DNA of 64,000 nt, taken from NCBI GenBank assembly GCA_027306595.1, contig DAHUZI010000016.1, positions 962 to 64,961 on the forward strand. The letters run 5' to 3'. Below the pieces are notes generated by a model. That model had not been told where the DNA came from. It searched no databases and saw only the letters and a list, made by a program, of their open reading frames with translations. The position numbers and the translations under genes are program-made. Positions 9,610-19,837 of this stretch are shown in pieces. This stretch comes from Candidatus Dormiibacterota bacterium. GTDB taxonomy: Bacteria > Chloroflexota > Dormibacteria > Aeolococcales > Bog-877. The number at the start of each line of letters is the position of its first letter. Positions within the stretch are counted from its first letter, which is position 1.

Positions 9610-9802
9610 GCAGACGGGCCAGCCGGGGCCCGCACCAGCGGCCGGTGGTCGGAGCCTCGCCACGCAGGCGTCGCGGTCGCCGCGATGGTGGCCCGCCGCC
9701 TGCTTGCGGTTGCCAGGGCCGCGCGGAGGACCGGAACGCTGCAGCGGATCCGCCCACCGACGCGCGCGAGGCGCCCCCACGACTCCGACAATCGAGCCGG
9801 TC

Positions 9803-10417
9803 TCAGGTCCAGCCCAGTGCGCCGCCGATCAGGGCGATCATCGCCTCGGCCACCGCCTCGGCGCGGAAGCGCTCGCCGGCCGCGACCCGTGCCAGGACGG
9901 CGCCGTCGAACAGCATCGCGATGCCACGGGCGAGTGCCGCGATTGGGATCGTGGCCGGCGCATCCCCGCGGGCGACGGCGTCCGTGAGGAGGAGCTCGGC
10001 GGCGCCCTCAACGCGGTCCGTTCCGGCGCGGAGCAGGTTGCGGACCCGGGGGTTCTGCTCGGCCTCGCCGTATGCGCTGACGTGGACCCCGGCCCGGGTG
10101 CCCACCGCCAGCTCGGCGACGAAGCGCTCGATCGCCGCGCGCAGCCGCTTCCTCGGATCCTCGATCGCGGCCAGCTCGGCGGTGCGCGCCGCCACGCCGG
10201 CCGCCCCCTCGGCCGCGCAGATGGCGAGGAAGAGCTCGGCCTTGCTGGGGAAGTACCGGTAGATCACCCCGACCGATACGCCGGCGGCGGTCGCGATCGC
10301 CGGCACGGTGGTCCCGTGGTAGCCGGCGGCCGCGAACGCGCGCGCCGCTCCCTCGAGGATGCGCGCCTGCGTGGGGCCGGGGACCGCTGGGGCCGGTCGG
10401 CGCTTGGTCGCGTCCAT
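9803..10417 (-). CDS. TetR/AcrR family transcriptional regulator
   Basis: ARILEGAARAFAAAGYHGTTVPAIATAAGVSVGVIYRYFPSKAELF helix-turn-helix. Confidence 0.95.
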   Translation of the reverse strand: MDATKRRPAPAVPGPTQARILEGAARAFAAAGYHGTTVPAIATAAGVSVGVIYRYFPSKAELFLAICAAEGAAGVAARTAELAAIEDPRKRLRAAIERFVAELAVGTRAGVHVSAYGEAEQNPRVRNLLRAGTDRVEGAAELLLTDAVARGDAPATIPIAALARGIAMLFDGAVLARVAAGERFRAEAVAEAMIALIGGALGWT

Positions 10418-10440
10418 CGCCCTCCCATCGTCCTTCGGTC

Positions 10441-10517
10441 TTGACAGGCGACCCGGGGCTGCCTAGACTGTCGAATGAACGTTCATTCATTATCGCACGT
10501 TCGCGCCCGCCTGACAA
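10441..10517. promoter_or_regulatory. Face-to-face sigma70-type promoters with a central TetR operator
   Basis: Plus strand TTGACA(10441)-17 bp-TAGACT(10464). Minus strand TTGTCA(10517)-17 bp-GATAAT(10494). Perfect palindrome GAATGAACGTTCATTC at 10473-10488. Confidence 0.85.
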
Positions 10518-10564
10518 CCGCTCGTGGAGGGCCCGCCCCCCGTCGAGCACGACGAGGAGCCTGC

Positions 10565-12907
10565 GTGTTCGCCATGCTGGGGCGGTTCGACTACCGCCAC
10601 CGCCGGCTGATCCCGATCGCGATGCTGGGCCTGATGGCGGCTGTGCTCGTCGCCGCCACCCTCTTCGGCGGGCAGCTCAGCCCCGGCGGGTTCACCATCC
10701 CGGGCTCCGACTCCGCTCGCGCGCAGGCCCTCCTCAACCGCGCCTTCGGGAGCGGCCGCACCTCGCTGGTGGTCGTCTACGTCAGCCCCAGACCCGACGC
10801 CGCCAGCCCCGCGGTGCAGCGGCGCGTCGCCACCAGCCTCGACGCCCTCCGCGGCTACGGGCCGGTGAGCTCGATCCTCACCTACGCGAGCACCGGCGAC
10901 TCGACCTTCGTCGGCAATCACGGGCGCGCCACCTTCGCGGTCGTGAACCTGCGCCTCAGCGAGAACGAGGCGATCGCCCGGCTCGGCGCGCTCACCAGCC
11001 GGGTCGGCCATCCCGCCGGTCTCCGGACGATCGTGACCGGCGCCCCCCCGGTCGACGCCCTCTACAACGACACCCTCCAGCGCGAGCTCACCCGCACCGA
11101 GGCCATCACCCTGCCCATCTCGCTGGTCCTCTTGGTCATCGTCTTCGCCTCGCTCGTCGCCGCGGCCCTGCCCCTGCTCACCGCCGCTCTCGCCCTGCCG
11201 ACCGCGCTCGGGGTCATCTCGCTTCTGGCCGCGCACCTCCAGATGTCGATCTTCGTCACCAATGTCGCCACGGTGGTGGGCCTCGGCCTGGCGATCGATT
11301 ACGCGCTGTTCCTGGTGCGCCGCTTTCGGGAGGAGCTGCGCACGAGCGACGTCGAGCTGGCGCTCGAGCGCACCATGGCGACGGCGGGCAAGGCCATCAC
11401 CATCTCCGGCATCGCGGTGGCCATCGGTCTTAGCTCGTTGACCCTCTTCCCCGCGCCGGGGCTGAGCAGCATGGGGATCGGCGGGGTCGTGGTCGCCCTC
11501 TGCACCCTGGTCTTCGGCCTCACCGCCCTCCCGGCGGTGCTGGCCCTCCTCGGCCCCCGGGTCAGCCGCCTGCGGGTCAGCCGCCTGCGGGGCAGCTGGC
11601 CGCATCGGCGATCGCGCGGTCGGCCGTGGGCGCTGGCCGCGGGCGCCCCCCCGGCGCTCCCCGCCGGACCGCCGACGGGCGGATTCTGGGCCGGGGTGGC
11701 CCGGGTGGTCATGCGGCGCCCGATCGTCATCGGGCTCCCGGTCGCCGCCGTCCTCGTGGCGGTGGGCTCCCCCTTCCTCTCCCTGCGGCTCTCGACCGGC
11801 GGGAGCATCGCCGACATACCCCCGGGCAGTGCCCGCGACGGCTATGCGATCCTCACCCGAGACTTCCCCAGCGGCGGCGGCGGAGATGTGATCAACCCCG
11901 TCGTCGCCTACCCGACGGCCGGCCTCGCCGCCTCTCGGGTTCGGGAGCTCGGGGCCTACGTGGCCCGCCTGCGCCGGGTGCCCGGGGTCACCGGGGTGCA
12001 GAGCGTGCTGGACCCCGCGCCCAAGACCACCGCCGCCGCCTATCGGCGCTGGCTCCTTCTGCCAGCCGCCGACCGGCCCGCCAGCGTCAATCGCTACATC
12101 GCCGTCTTCATGAGCGGGCGCGTGGCGCAGCTTCAGGTGGGCACCAACGCCAGCGCCACCGGCGCGGCCGGCAGCCGGCTCGTCCAGCGGCTGCGCCAGG
12201 TCCGGCCCCCGGCGGATGCCCTGACCTACATCACCGGGGGGGCGGCGCAGCAGGTCGACTTCCTCGACGCGTTCCGGGCCACCGTGCCGCTGGCCGTGCT
12301 GGTGGTGATGGGCGTGACCGCCCTGGTGCTCCTTCTCACCTTCGGCTCACTGGTCCTGCCCCTCCAGGCGGTCGCGATGAGCCTGCTTTCCCTCAGTGCC
12401 GCCTTCGGCGCTTTGGTCTGGATCTTCCAGGAGGGCCACCTCTCCGGGCTCTTCGGCTTCACCCCCTCGGGGGCGATCGTCGCCACCGACCCGGTGCTGA
12501 TGTTCGCGATCGTCTTCGGGCTCTCCATGGACTACGAGGTCTTCCTGCTCTCGCGGATCCGCGAGCGCTACGTCGCCACCGGCGACACCCGGCGGGCGGT
12601 GGCCGAGGGGCTGGGGGCAACCGGCGGGATCATCACCAGCGCCGCCGGCATCATGATCACCGTCTTCGGCGCCTTCGCGCTCAGCGACATCCTGGAGCTG
12701 AAGGCCCTGGGCCTGGGGATGGCGCTGGCGGTGGCCGTGGATGCGACCCTGGTCCGGGGGATCCTCGTCCCGGCGATCATGCGCTGCCTCGGCCGGGGAA
12801 ACTGGTGGGCCCCCGGGTGGCTGCAGCGCTTCGTGCTCCGGCTGGGCTTCTACGAGGAGCCGCTGGCCCCCGGGCATCCCCGAGCCCGGCTCGACGCGGC
12901 CGGCTGA
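10565..12907 (+). CDS. MMPL family (RND superfamily) transporter
   Basis: GLGLAIDYALFLVRRFREE and FGLSMDYEVFLLSRIRE motifs; DATLVRGILVPAIMRCLGRGNWW; two-lobed TM layout. GTG start follows GAGGAG. Confidence 0.95.
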   Translation: MFAMLGRFDYRHRRLIPIAMLGLMAAVLVAATLFGGQLSPGGFTIPGSDSARAQALLNRAFGSGRTSLVVVYVSPRPDAASPAVQRRVATSLDALRGYGPVSSILTYASTGDSTFVGNHGRATFAVVNLRLSENEAIARLGALTSRVGHPAGLRTIVTGAPPVDALYNDTLQRELTRTEAITLPISLVLLVIVFASLVAAALPLLTAALALPTALGVISLLAAHLQMSIFVTNVATVVGLGLAIDYALFLVRRFREELRTSDVELALERTMATAGKAITISGIAVAIGLSSLTLFPAPGLSSMGIGGVVVALCTLVFGLTALPAVLALLGPRVSRLRVSRLRGSWPHRRSRGRPWALAAGAPPALPAGPPTGGFWAGVARVVMRRPIVIGLPVAAVLVAVGSPFLSLRLSTGGSIADIPPGSARDGYAILTRDFPSGGGGDVINPVVAYPTAGLAASRVRELGAYVARLRRVPGVTGVQSVLDPAPKTTAAAYRRWLLLPAADRPASVNRYIAVFMSGRVAQLQVGTNASATGAAGSRLVQRLRQVRPPADALTYITGGAAQQVDFLDAFRATVPLAVLVVMGVTALVLLLTFGSLVLPLQAVAMSLLSLSAAFGALVWIFQEGHLSGLFGFTPSGAIVATDPVLMFAIVFGLSMDYEVFLLSRIRERYVATGDTRRAVAEGLGATGGIITSAAGIMITVFGAFALSDILELKALGLGMALAVAVDATLVRGILVPAIMRCLGRGNWWAPGWLQRFVLRLGFYEEPLAPGHPRARLDAAG

Positions 12908-12985
12908 CCCCAGCCGGGGTCGCGGGCGGCGCGCCGTGGCATCCTCTAGCCCACCGGCGGCGGCCGCTGCGGTGAGGAGGATCCC

Positions 12986-13483
12986 ATGCAGTTCGGACGG
13001 TATCTGGAGGAGTTCACGGTCGGGGCCACCTACCGGCACTGGCCGGGCAAGACCATCACCGAGGCTGACGACCACCTCTTCTGCGCTCTCACCCTGAACC
13101 ACCATCCGCTCCACACCGACGCCGCCTACGCGGCCGAGCGGACCCAGTTCGGGCGCAACGTCGTGGTCGGCAACCTCGTGTACAGCCTGGCGGTGGGGAT
13201 GAGCGTCGCCGACGTGAGCGGGAAGGCGATCGCCAACCTCGAGGTCGACGCGCTCCGCCACCTGGCCCCCACCTTCCACGGGGACACGATCTACGCGGAG
13301 TCGACCGTGCTGACGGTCACGCCCTCGAGGAGCCGACCTGACCGCGGCGTGGTGACGGTCGAGACCCGCGTCCGCAACCAGCGGGACGAGCTGGTCTGCT
13401 CGTTCCGCCGCGCGGTGCTGGTGCCGACCCGTGCGGCCCACCCCGACCTCCAGCCGCCGGACGGCGCGCCGCCGTCGCGATGA
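12986..13483 (+). CDS. MaoC family dehydratase (probable actinobacterial-type mesaconyl-CoA hydratase)
   Basis: MQFGRYLEEFTVGATYRHWPGKTITEADDHLFCALTLNHHPLH...PTFHGDTIYAES...SRPDRGVVTVET hot-dog fold. Confidence 0.9.
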   Translation: MQFGRYLEEFTVGATYRHWPGKTITEADDHLFCALTLNHHPLHTDAAYAAERTQFGRNVVVGNLVYSLAVGMSVADVSGKAIANLEVDALRHLAPTFHGDTIYAESTVLTVTPSRSRPDRGVVTVETRVRNQRDELVCSFRRAVLVPTRAAHPDLQPPDGAPPSR

Positions 13484-14412
13484 GCCGGCCCCCGGCAGCG
13501 ATCGCTCCCTCGGGGCTGCAGATCCCGCTCCGCCACGGCGACCAGCTGGCGATCGTCACCTCGGTCGGAGCCACCCTGCGCCAGTACCAGGACGGGGGCG
13601 GCGCCTGCATCGACGGATTCGCCGCCGACCGGTCCTCCGACAGCCGCGGCCAGCTCCTCATCCCCTGGCCCAACCGCATCGGGGAGGGTCGCTACCGCTT
13701 CGGGGGCGAGGAGCACACCCTGCCGATCACGGACCGGGCCCACGGCGCCGCCATCCACGGGCTCGTCCGCTGGGTGGAGTGGCGGGTGGACCGAGCCGAG
13801 GTGGCGCTCGCTGCCCTGTCGACGACGCTCTACCCCCAGCCCGGCTACGAGTTCTGCCTCCACTGCGAGGTCACCTATCGCCTGGACGCTGACGGCCTGA
13901 GCGTCCGCTCGGCGGCGACCAATGTCGGTCGGGGGCCGCTGCCGGTGGGGATCGGGGCGCACCCCTACCTCGCCGTCGGGACGGCGTCGATCGACACCGC
14001 CGTCCTGACCGTGCCCGCCGGGCGCTACCTGCCCGTCGGCGCCGACCTCCTGCCGGCCGGCCCCGCCCGTCCGGTCGCCGGAACCCCGTACGACTTCCGC
14101 ACCGGGCGTCGCATCGGGCCGGCGGCGCTGGACGTGGCCCTCACCGACCTGATCCCCGATGGCTCGGGTCGCACCACGGTCGAGCTCGCCGCGCCGGGCG
14201 CGACCCGGCGGGTCGCGCTGTGGGCCGATTCCGCCTGCCGCTACATCCAGCTGTACACGGGCGACACCCTGCCCGACCCCGCGGTCCGGCGCCGGGGCCT
14301 GGCGGTCGAGCCCATGACCTGTGCCCCGGACGCCTTTCGCAGCGGAGCCGGCCTGCGGGTGCTGGTCCCAGGCGAGCGCCTGACCGCCGCCTTTGGCATT
14401 CGGGCCCGCTGA
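13480..14412 (+). CDS. Aldose 1-epimerase family protein
   Basis: LIPWPNRI, AIHGLV, GAHPYL, QLYTGD and AVEPMTCAPDAFRSG. Confidence 0.92.
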   Translation: MSRPPAAIAPSGLQIPLRHGDQLAIVTSVGATLRQYQDGGGACIDGFAADRSSDSRGQLLIPWPNRIGEGRYRFGGEEHTLPITDRAHGAAIHGLVRWVEWRVDRAEVALAALSTTLYPQPGYEFCLHCEVTYRLDADGLSVRSAATNVGRGPLPVGIGAHPYLAVGTASIDTAVLTVPAGRYLPVGADLLPAGPARPVAGTPYDFRTGRRIGPAALDVALTDLIPDGSGRTTVELAAPGATRRVALWADSACRYIQLYTGDTLPDPAVRRRGLAVEPMTCAPDAFRSGAGLRVLVPGERLTAAFGIRAR

Positions 14413-14557
14413 TCCGGCCCCGACCCGAGGGCCGGTCGGTCGCGGGGCCGCCGGGGCCGGGCGCGGCCCCCGAGCGCTCGGCCCGCGCCACGGCGAAAGC
14501 GGGCCGGGGCGGCCGGGGCGCGAGGCGGGAGCTGGAGCCCTCGCCGGCCGGCCTGTC

Positions 14558-16627
14558 CTATTCGGCTCCGCGCGCCTCGCCGAGGTGGCGATCGAACCAC
14601 TCGAGCACCCGGGTCATGCGGTCGATGCGCCGATCTGGGCGCCCGATCGCCATGTAGACGTGCGACTCCTCGGGGTAGAGGACGTACTCGACGGTGCGAC
14701 CGAGCAGGCGCAGGGCGATGAAGAGCTGCTCGTTGTCCTGGGGAGGACAGCGCAGATCGGCCTCCGCCTGGAGCATGAGCAGGGGGGTGGTGAGGGTGCG
14801 GACGTGCGCCAGTGGCGACTGCCTCCAGAGGGTGGCGACCCCCTCGGCGCTGAGGGAATCGCCGAGGCGGGCGCTGCGGTTGTAGAGGGGACCACAGTCG
14901 GAGTTGGCGAAGGCGCTGACCTGGTTGGCGACGCCGTTCTCGGCCACCGCCGCCCGGAAGCGCCCGCTGGTCGCGACCAACCATTGGGTCAGGAATCCAC
15001 CGTACGAGAGCCCCATGACTCCCAGCCGGTCGGCGACGCCGAGCCCGAGGGCGAGGCAGTGGTCGACCACGGCGTGGACGTCGGCCGCGTCCACGTCGCC
15101 CCAGCGCCCCCCCAGGAGCGCTGCAGTCCACTCCCGCCCGTACGAGGCAGAGCCGCGGATGTTGGGGAGCACGACCCGGTATCCGCGGCCGCAGAGGAGG
15201 AACGCCTCGAGCGGGGGTGTGGGTCCCCAGGCTCCGACCGGGCCGCCATGGACGTCGACGACCAGGGGGAGCGGTCCGCCGCCGGACTGTCTGGGTGAGA
15301 CCACGAACGCCGGGACCGGCCCGCCCGGACCCGGGGCCGCCAGCTCCGTCACCGTGACCGCGGGGAGGTGGCGCTGCCATGCGGAGCCGATCCGGGTGCG
15401 CGGAGCCGGTCGTGGCTGGGGCGCGCCAGCCGGGGGGACGACGAAGAGCTCAGGCGCCCGGTCGCCGGTCGCGCTGATCACCCCGACCGCCTCGTCGCGG
15501 ACGCTCAGGCTCCAGACCAGGTGGTCACCCGCGAGCAGCGGACGGGGCGCGCCCGCTGGCCGGCCGCTGGCGGGGTCGACCGGAAACCCCCAGGGGACGG
15601 TGCGTCCGCGGTCCGTCACCAGCGTGACCACCGTGTCGGGGCCGCACCAGAAGGGGCCGGGCCGGGCATCGCCGGTCCAGCCGGCGAGATCGGTGTCGGC
15701 AAAGACGCCGACGGGCCGGTCGAGCGCGGGGGCGAGCGGCTCAGGGGGACGGCCCCCGCCAGCCGGCCCGACGAACAGGCCCGGCAGCGCGTCGTCGAGC
15801 GGGTCGACCTCGTCGATCCCCACCGCCACGATCCACCGGCCGTCCGGCGAGCAGGCGGGGCGGCCGGCCGGCCCCGCGAGGGCGAGGAGCTCGGCCGGCT
15901 CGCCGCCGGTCACCGGCACCCGCCAGATCGTCGGTCGGGGGTGCTGCGCGCTGTCCCGGCCGCGGTCAGCGCTGATGAGGACCGAGGACCCGTCGGCTGA
16001 GAAGCTGGGCTCCCGCACGTCGAAGTCGCCCCGTGTCAGCTGCCGGGGGCGGGCCCCCGGGCGGGCCACGACCACGAAGAGGTGGTCGCGGCGATCGAGG
16101 TGACCGACCCCGTCCAGGCGCCAGTCGATCCGGGTGATGCGCCGGGCCGTCGGGGTCCGACGGCCATCCGTCCCGGTTCCGGCGCCCACGAGGAAGCGTG
16201 GCGGATCGACGGGAGCCGCGTACGCGATCCGGCTCCCGTCCGGCGCCCAGCAGGGGGCGCCGGCGCCGTGGGGGGGGCGGGCGACCGGCCACGGCTCCCC
16301 ACCGGTGAGCTCCATCACCATGACCGCGGCGGTCGGCTGCCTGGCGTCTGGCCGGGCGCGCAGGAAGAGGACTCGCCGGCCGTCGGGGCTGATCCTGGGC
16401 CAGCTGTCGCGGACGGGTCCGGTGGTCAGCGGCCGCGGGCGCCCCGCGGGGAGCGGGATCCACCAGAGGTGGGAGCGGTAGCGCTCGCCGTCGGTGACCC
16501 GCCGGACGGCGATGGCGAAGGCAGCGGTGGCGCTGAGGTCGTGGTCCTCAAGCACGACCTGATGGCGGATGGCGGCGGTCGCGATCGCGCCTGGGGTCGG
16601 GCGTCGGCCGGCGGGGGGGATGGCCAT
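14558..16627 (-). CDS. S9 family (prolyl oligopeptidase/acylaminoacyl) peptidase
   Basis: Propeller repeats (SPDG), VHGGP, NIRGSASYG, GLSYGG (catalytic Ser), D in ADLRCP and H in YPEESH. ATG 16627 follows CCAGGAG. Confidence 0.95.
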   Translation of the reverse strand: MAIPPAGRRPTPGAIATAAIRHQVVLEDHDLSATAAFAIAVRRVTDGERYRSHLWWIPLPAGRPRPLTTGPVRDSWPRISPDGRRVLFLRARPDARQPTAAVMVMELTGGEPWPVARPPHGAGAPCWAPDGSRIAYAAPVDPPRFLVGAGTGTDGRRTPTARRITRIDWRLDGVGHLDRRDHLFVVVARPGARPRQLTRGDFDVREPSFSADGSSVLISADRGRDSAQHPRPTIWRVPVTGGEPAELLALAGPAGRPACSPDGRWIVAVGIDEVDPLDDALPGLFVGPAGGGRPPEPLAPALDRPVGVFADTDLAGWTGDARPGPFWCGPDTVVTLVTDRGRTVPWGFPVDPASGRPAGAPRPLLAGDHLVWSLSVRDEAVGVISATGDRAPELFVVPPAGAPQPRPAPRTRIGSAWQRHLPAVTVTELAAPGPGGPVPAFVVSPRQSGGGPLPLVVDVHGGPVGAWGPTPPLEAFLLCGRGYRVVLPNIRGSASYGREWTAALLGGRWGDVDAADVHAVVDHCLALGLGVADRLGVMGLSYGGFLTQWLVATSGRFRAAVAENGVANQVSAFANSDCGPLYNRSARLGDSLSAEGVATLWRQSPLAHVRTLTTPLLMLQAEADLRCPPQDNEQLFIALRLLGRTVEYVLYPEESHVYMAIGRPDRRIDRMTRVLEWFDRHLGEARGAE

Positions 16628-16796
16628 GTGCGTCTCCTGGGTGGTCGGCACGGTCCCGCATCGGACCGCTGCAGTATCGCGCCCGGCGGTCCCCGCCCCG
16701 CCGCCGGCCGTGCCCTCCCGCGCCCGTCGGCAGCGCGTGCTACGATCCCCACCCAGATCCGGGGCACCCAGTTCTCCATATGACAGGGGGGCACCG

Positions 16797-18614
16797 ATGA
16801 GACGCGTGCATATGGCGGCCGCGGCCCGCCACCGGATAGCGGTGACAGTTGCCGGGATCGCAGTCGCGCTGGCGGCGCTGGCGACGGCGGGCGGTGGAGC
16901 CGCGGGGGCGGCCGCCGCGCCCCGGACGGGTCCGTCCGGAACGGTGACCTTCGCCGACGGGGCGGGGCAGAGCCCCAACTACATCTTCCCGATCACCCCC
17001 GGGGCCCAGTACGGCATCAACAACCTCACCTACTTCCAGCCCCTGCTGTATCGGAACCTGTACTGGATCGGCAAGGGAACCCAGCTGGTGCCCAACCCGG
17101 TCCTGAGCCTCGCCGACCCGCCGGTCTTCCTCAACCACGACCGCGGGGTTCGGATCACCCTCAAGCCGTACCGATGGTCGGACGGCGCCCCGGTGACGAC
17201 CCGTGACGTCCAGTTCTTCTTCAACCTGCTGCGAGCCAACAAGGAGCAGTGGGGCGGGTACGTGACCGGGGACTTCCCCGACTTCGTCACCAAGTTCACG
17301 ATCGACAGCCCGAGGACCTTCACCCTCAGCTTCGACCGGGCCTACGCCCCGGCCTGGTTGATCAACAACGAGCTGCCGACCTTCGTGCCGCTGCCGCAGC
17401 AGTCGTGGGACCGCACGTCGGCCGGCGGGCCGGTGGGCAACTATGACCTCACCACCAAGGGTGCGCAGAAGGTCTATGCCTTCCTCAACAAGCAGTCCGC
17501 GACGCTGTCGACCTACGCCACCGATCCCCTGTGGCGGGTGGTCGATGGACCCTATCGGCTCACCGCCTTCAACTCCTCGACCGGCTACGCTGTCTTCCAG
17601 CCCAACCCCGGCTACAGCGGGCCGGTGAAGTCGAAGATCGCCAAGCTCATCGAGCTGCCCTTCACCAGCAACGCCGCTGAGTTCGACGCCCTGCGGGCCG
17701 GCGAGATCGACTACGGCTACATCCCCTACACCGACCTCTCGCTGAAGCCGACCTTCACCAGCCGGGGCGACCGGATCCAGGCCTGGCCGACGGTCGGGCT
17801 CAACTACGTGGTGCTCAACTTCACCAACAAGAAGTACGCGCCCTACTTCCGCCAGCTCTACATCCGCCAGGCCCTCCAGCTGACCATCAACCAACCCCTT
17901 TGGATTCGGACCATCCTGAAGGGGTACGGCTACCCGGACTACGGCCCGGTGCCGGTCCAGCCGAAGAGCCCCTACGTCAGCCGCTACGAGGCGGACAATC
18001 CCTACCCGTACAGCCCCGGCCGGGCCGCCCGGCTGCTCACCGCTCACGGCTGGAAGGTGGTCAAGAACGGCACCACCACCTGCGTGCGCCCCGGGCGCGG
18101 GGCCAACGCCTGCGGCGCCGGAATCCCCAAGGGCGCGCCCCTCACCTTCAACGTCATCTACTCCTCCGGGTCGGTCACGACCGACCAGGAGTTCCAGGAC
18201 TGGAAGTCGGCGTCGACCGCGATCGGGCTCACCCTCAACCTCTCGTCGGTCCCCTTCAACACCGTGATCACGATCGCCAACCCCTGCACCAAGGGCCCCA
18301 CCTGCACCTGGCAGCTGGCCTCCTGGGGGGGCTGGAGCTTCGGCACCCCGTACCCGACCGGGGGCCAGCTGCTCTCCCCGGCCAACGCGGGCGGGTACGC
18401 GGACCCGGTCAATGACGCCAACGTGCGCGCCACCCATGTGAGCGGGAATCCCAACGCCATGGTCGTCTACGAGAACTACGTGGCGAAGACCCTGCCCCTG
18501 GTCTGGCTGGCGAACCAGCCCCTGCAGATCTCAGTGATCGCCAAGCGGCTGCACGGGGTCGTGCAGAACGCGGTGTCGGCGCTGAGCCCGGAGTACTGGA
18601 CGGTGACGGGCTGA
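16797..18614 (+). CDS. ABC transporter family-5 (OppA/DppA-like) substrate-binding protein, no permeases adjacent
   Basis: Signal peptide; PNYIFP; WSDGAPVTTRDV; VVDGPYRL; IRQALQ; C-terminal PEYW. Confidence 0.92.
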   Translation: MRRVHMAAAARHRIAVTVAGIAVALAALATAGGGAAGAAAAPRTGPSGTVTFADGAGQSPNYIFPITPGAQYGINNLTYFQPLLYRNLYWIGKGTQLVPNPVLSLADPPVFLNHDRGVRITLKPYRWSDGAPVTTRDVQFFFNLLRANKEQWGGYVTGDFPDFVTKFTIDSPRTFTLSFDRAYAPAWLINNELPTFVPLPQQSWDRTSAGGPVGNYDLTTKGAQKVYAFLNKQSATLSTYATDPLWRVVDGPYRLTAFNSSTGYAVFQPNPGYSGPVKSKIAKLIELPFTSNAAEFDALRAGEIDYGYIPYTDLSLKPTFTSRGDRIQAWPTVGLNYVVLNFTNKKYAPYFRQLYIRQALQLTINQPLWIRTILKGYGYPDYGPVPVQPKSPYVSRYEADNPYPYSPGRAARLLTAHGWKVVKNGTTTCVRPGRGANACGAGIPKGAPLTFNVIYSSGSVTTDQEFQDWKSASTAIGLTLNLSSVPFNTVITIANPCTKGPTCTWQLASWGGWSFGTPYPTGGQLLSPANAGGYADPVNDANVRATHVSGNPNAMVVYENYVAKTLPLVWLANQPLQISVIAKRLHGVVQNAVSALSPEYWTVTG

Positions 18615-18692
18615 CCGTTCGCCGGCCACCGGCGGCTGCCCTCCGCGGCGTAGACTGCGCCGAGGGGGGCGGCCGTCGGGGTTCAGGGGACC

Positions 18693-19010
18693 ATGCGCGA
18701 GCTCCTCGATGACATCGATCGCTGGCGGACCGCTGGCCGGAAGGTCGCGATCTGCCGGGTGGTGGACCTTGAGGGCTCCGGGCCCCGGCTGCCTGGGGCG
18801 GCGATGGCGGTGAGCGAGGACGGGGAGGTTGCCGGATCCGTCTCCGGCGGCTGCGTCGAGGGGGCGGTGGTCGACGAGGCCCTCGCCATGCTTCGCGCGG
18901 GCGCGCCCGCGCACCTGGTCCGCTACGGGATCAGCGACGATGACGCGTTCGCGGTCGGCCTGACCTGCGGCGGCACCATCCACCTCCTCATCGCCCCTTT
19001 GGACTGGTGA
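18693..19010 (+). CDS. XdhC/CoxI family protein, N-terminal module
   Basis: GSGPRLPGA, GSVSGGCVEGAV and AFAVGLTCGGTI. Confidence 0.93.
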   Translation: MRELLDDIDRWRTAGRKVAICRVVDLEGSGPRLPGAAMAVSEDGEVAGSVSGGCVEGAVVDEALAMLRAGAPAHLVRYGISDDDAFAVGLTCGGTIHLLIAPLDW

Positions 19011-19789
19011 GCGGGCGGTACGAGGCGCTCAGCCGCGCCCTGCGCTCCGGGGAGCCGGCGGCGCTGGCGACGGTCCTCGAGGGCGGCCCGGTCGGGGCCA
19101 CGATCGTGGTGCGGCCCGGCGCCGAGGTGCTCGGCGCGCTCGGCGATCCCGAGCTCACCCGCGTGGTCGCCCGCGACGCCCTCGCCGCGCTGGGGGCGGG
19201 GCGGGGCGGGCTGCGCCACTACGGGCTGCGAGGGGAGGCCCGGCAGGGGGCGGTCACCGTCTTCCTCGAGGCCTTCGCCCCACCTCCGAGGATGGTCATC
19301 TTCGGGGCCGTCGACTTCACCGGCTCGCTGGCCCGGGTGGCGGCCGGGCTCGGCTATCGGGTGGTCGTGTGCGACGCCCGCGCCGCGTTCGCAACCGCGC
19401 GACGCTTCCCGCAGGCAAACGAGGTCGTGGTGGAGTGGCCCGAACGGTACCTGGCGCGCGTGGGCGACGCCCTCGGACCGGGGGACGCGGTCTGCGTCCT
19501 CACCCACGATCCCAAGTTCGACCTCCCGGCCATCGTCGCGGCCCTGCGGACCGAGGTGGGGTACCTCGGCGCCATGGGCTCCCGCCGAACCCACGGCCGT
19601 CGGCTTGAGGCGCTCCGGGCCATGGGGGTGTCGGAGGCCGACCTGGCGCGCGTCATGGCGCCCATAGGCCTGGACATCGGCGCCCGCACCCCCGAGGAGA
19701 CCGCGATCGCGATCGCGGCCGAGATCATTGCCTGCGCCAGCGGCCGGCCGGCCCCCCGCCTTCGCGATCGGGAGGGGCCGATCCACTGA
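19007..19789 (+). CDS. XdhC/CoxF family protein, C-terminal Rossmann module
   Basis: CDARAAFATARRFP, LTHDPKFD, YLGAMGSRRTH and PIGLDIGARTPEETAIAIAAEI. Confidence 0.93.
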   Translation: MSGRYEALSRALRSGEPAALATVLEGGPVGATIVVRPGAEVLGALGDPELTRVVARDALAALGAGRGGLRHYGLRGEARQGAVTVFLEAFAPPPRMVIFGAVDFTGSLARVAAGLGYRVVVCDARAAFATARRFPQANEVVVEWPERYLARVGDALGPGDAVCVLTHDPKFDLPAIVAALRTEVGYLGAMGSRRTHGRRLEALRAMGVSEADLARVMAPIGLDIGARTPEETAIAIAAEIIACASGRPAPRLRDREGPIH

Positions 19790-19837
19790 CCCGCGCGGCC
19801 GACGGCTGGCCCCCGGCCGCCGTCGCCGCGGCGGGAC

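Noticed and set aside
18693-19789. Split xdhC as a frameshifted pseudogene
   Set aside because: There is a clean GTGA stop/start overlap, both halves are intact, and two-gene XdhC arrangements are common.
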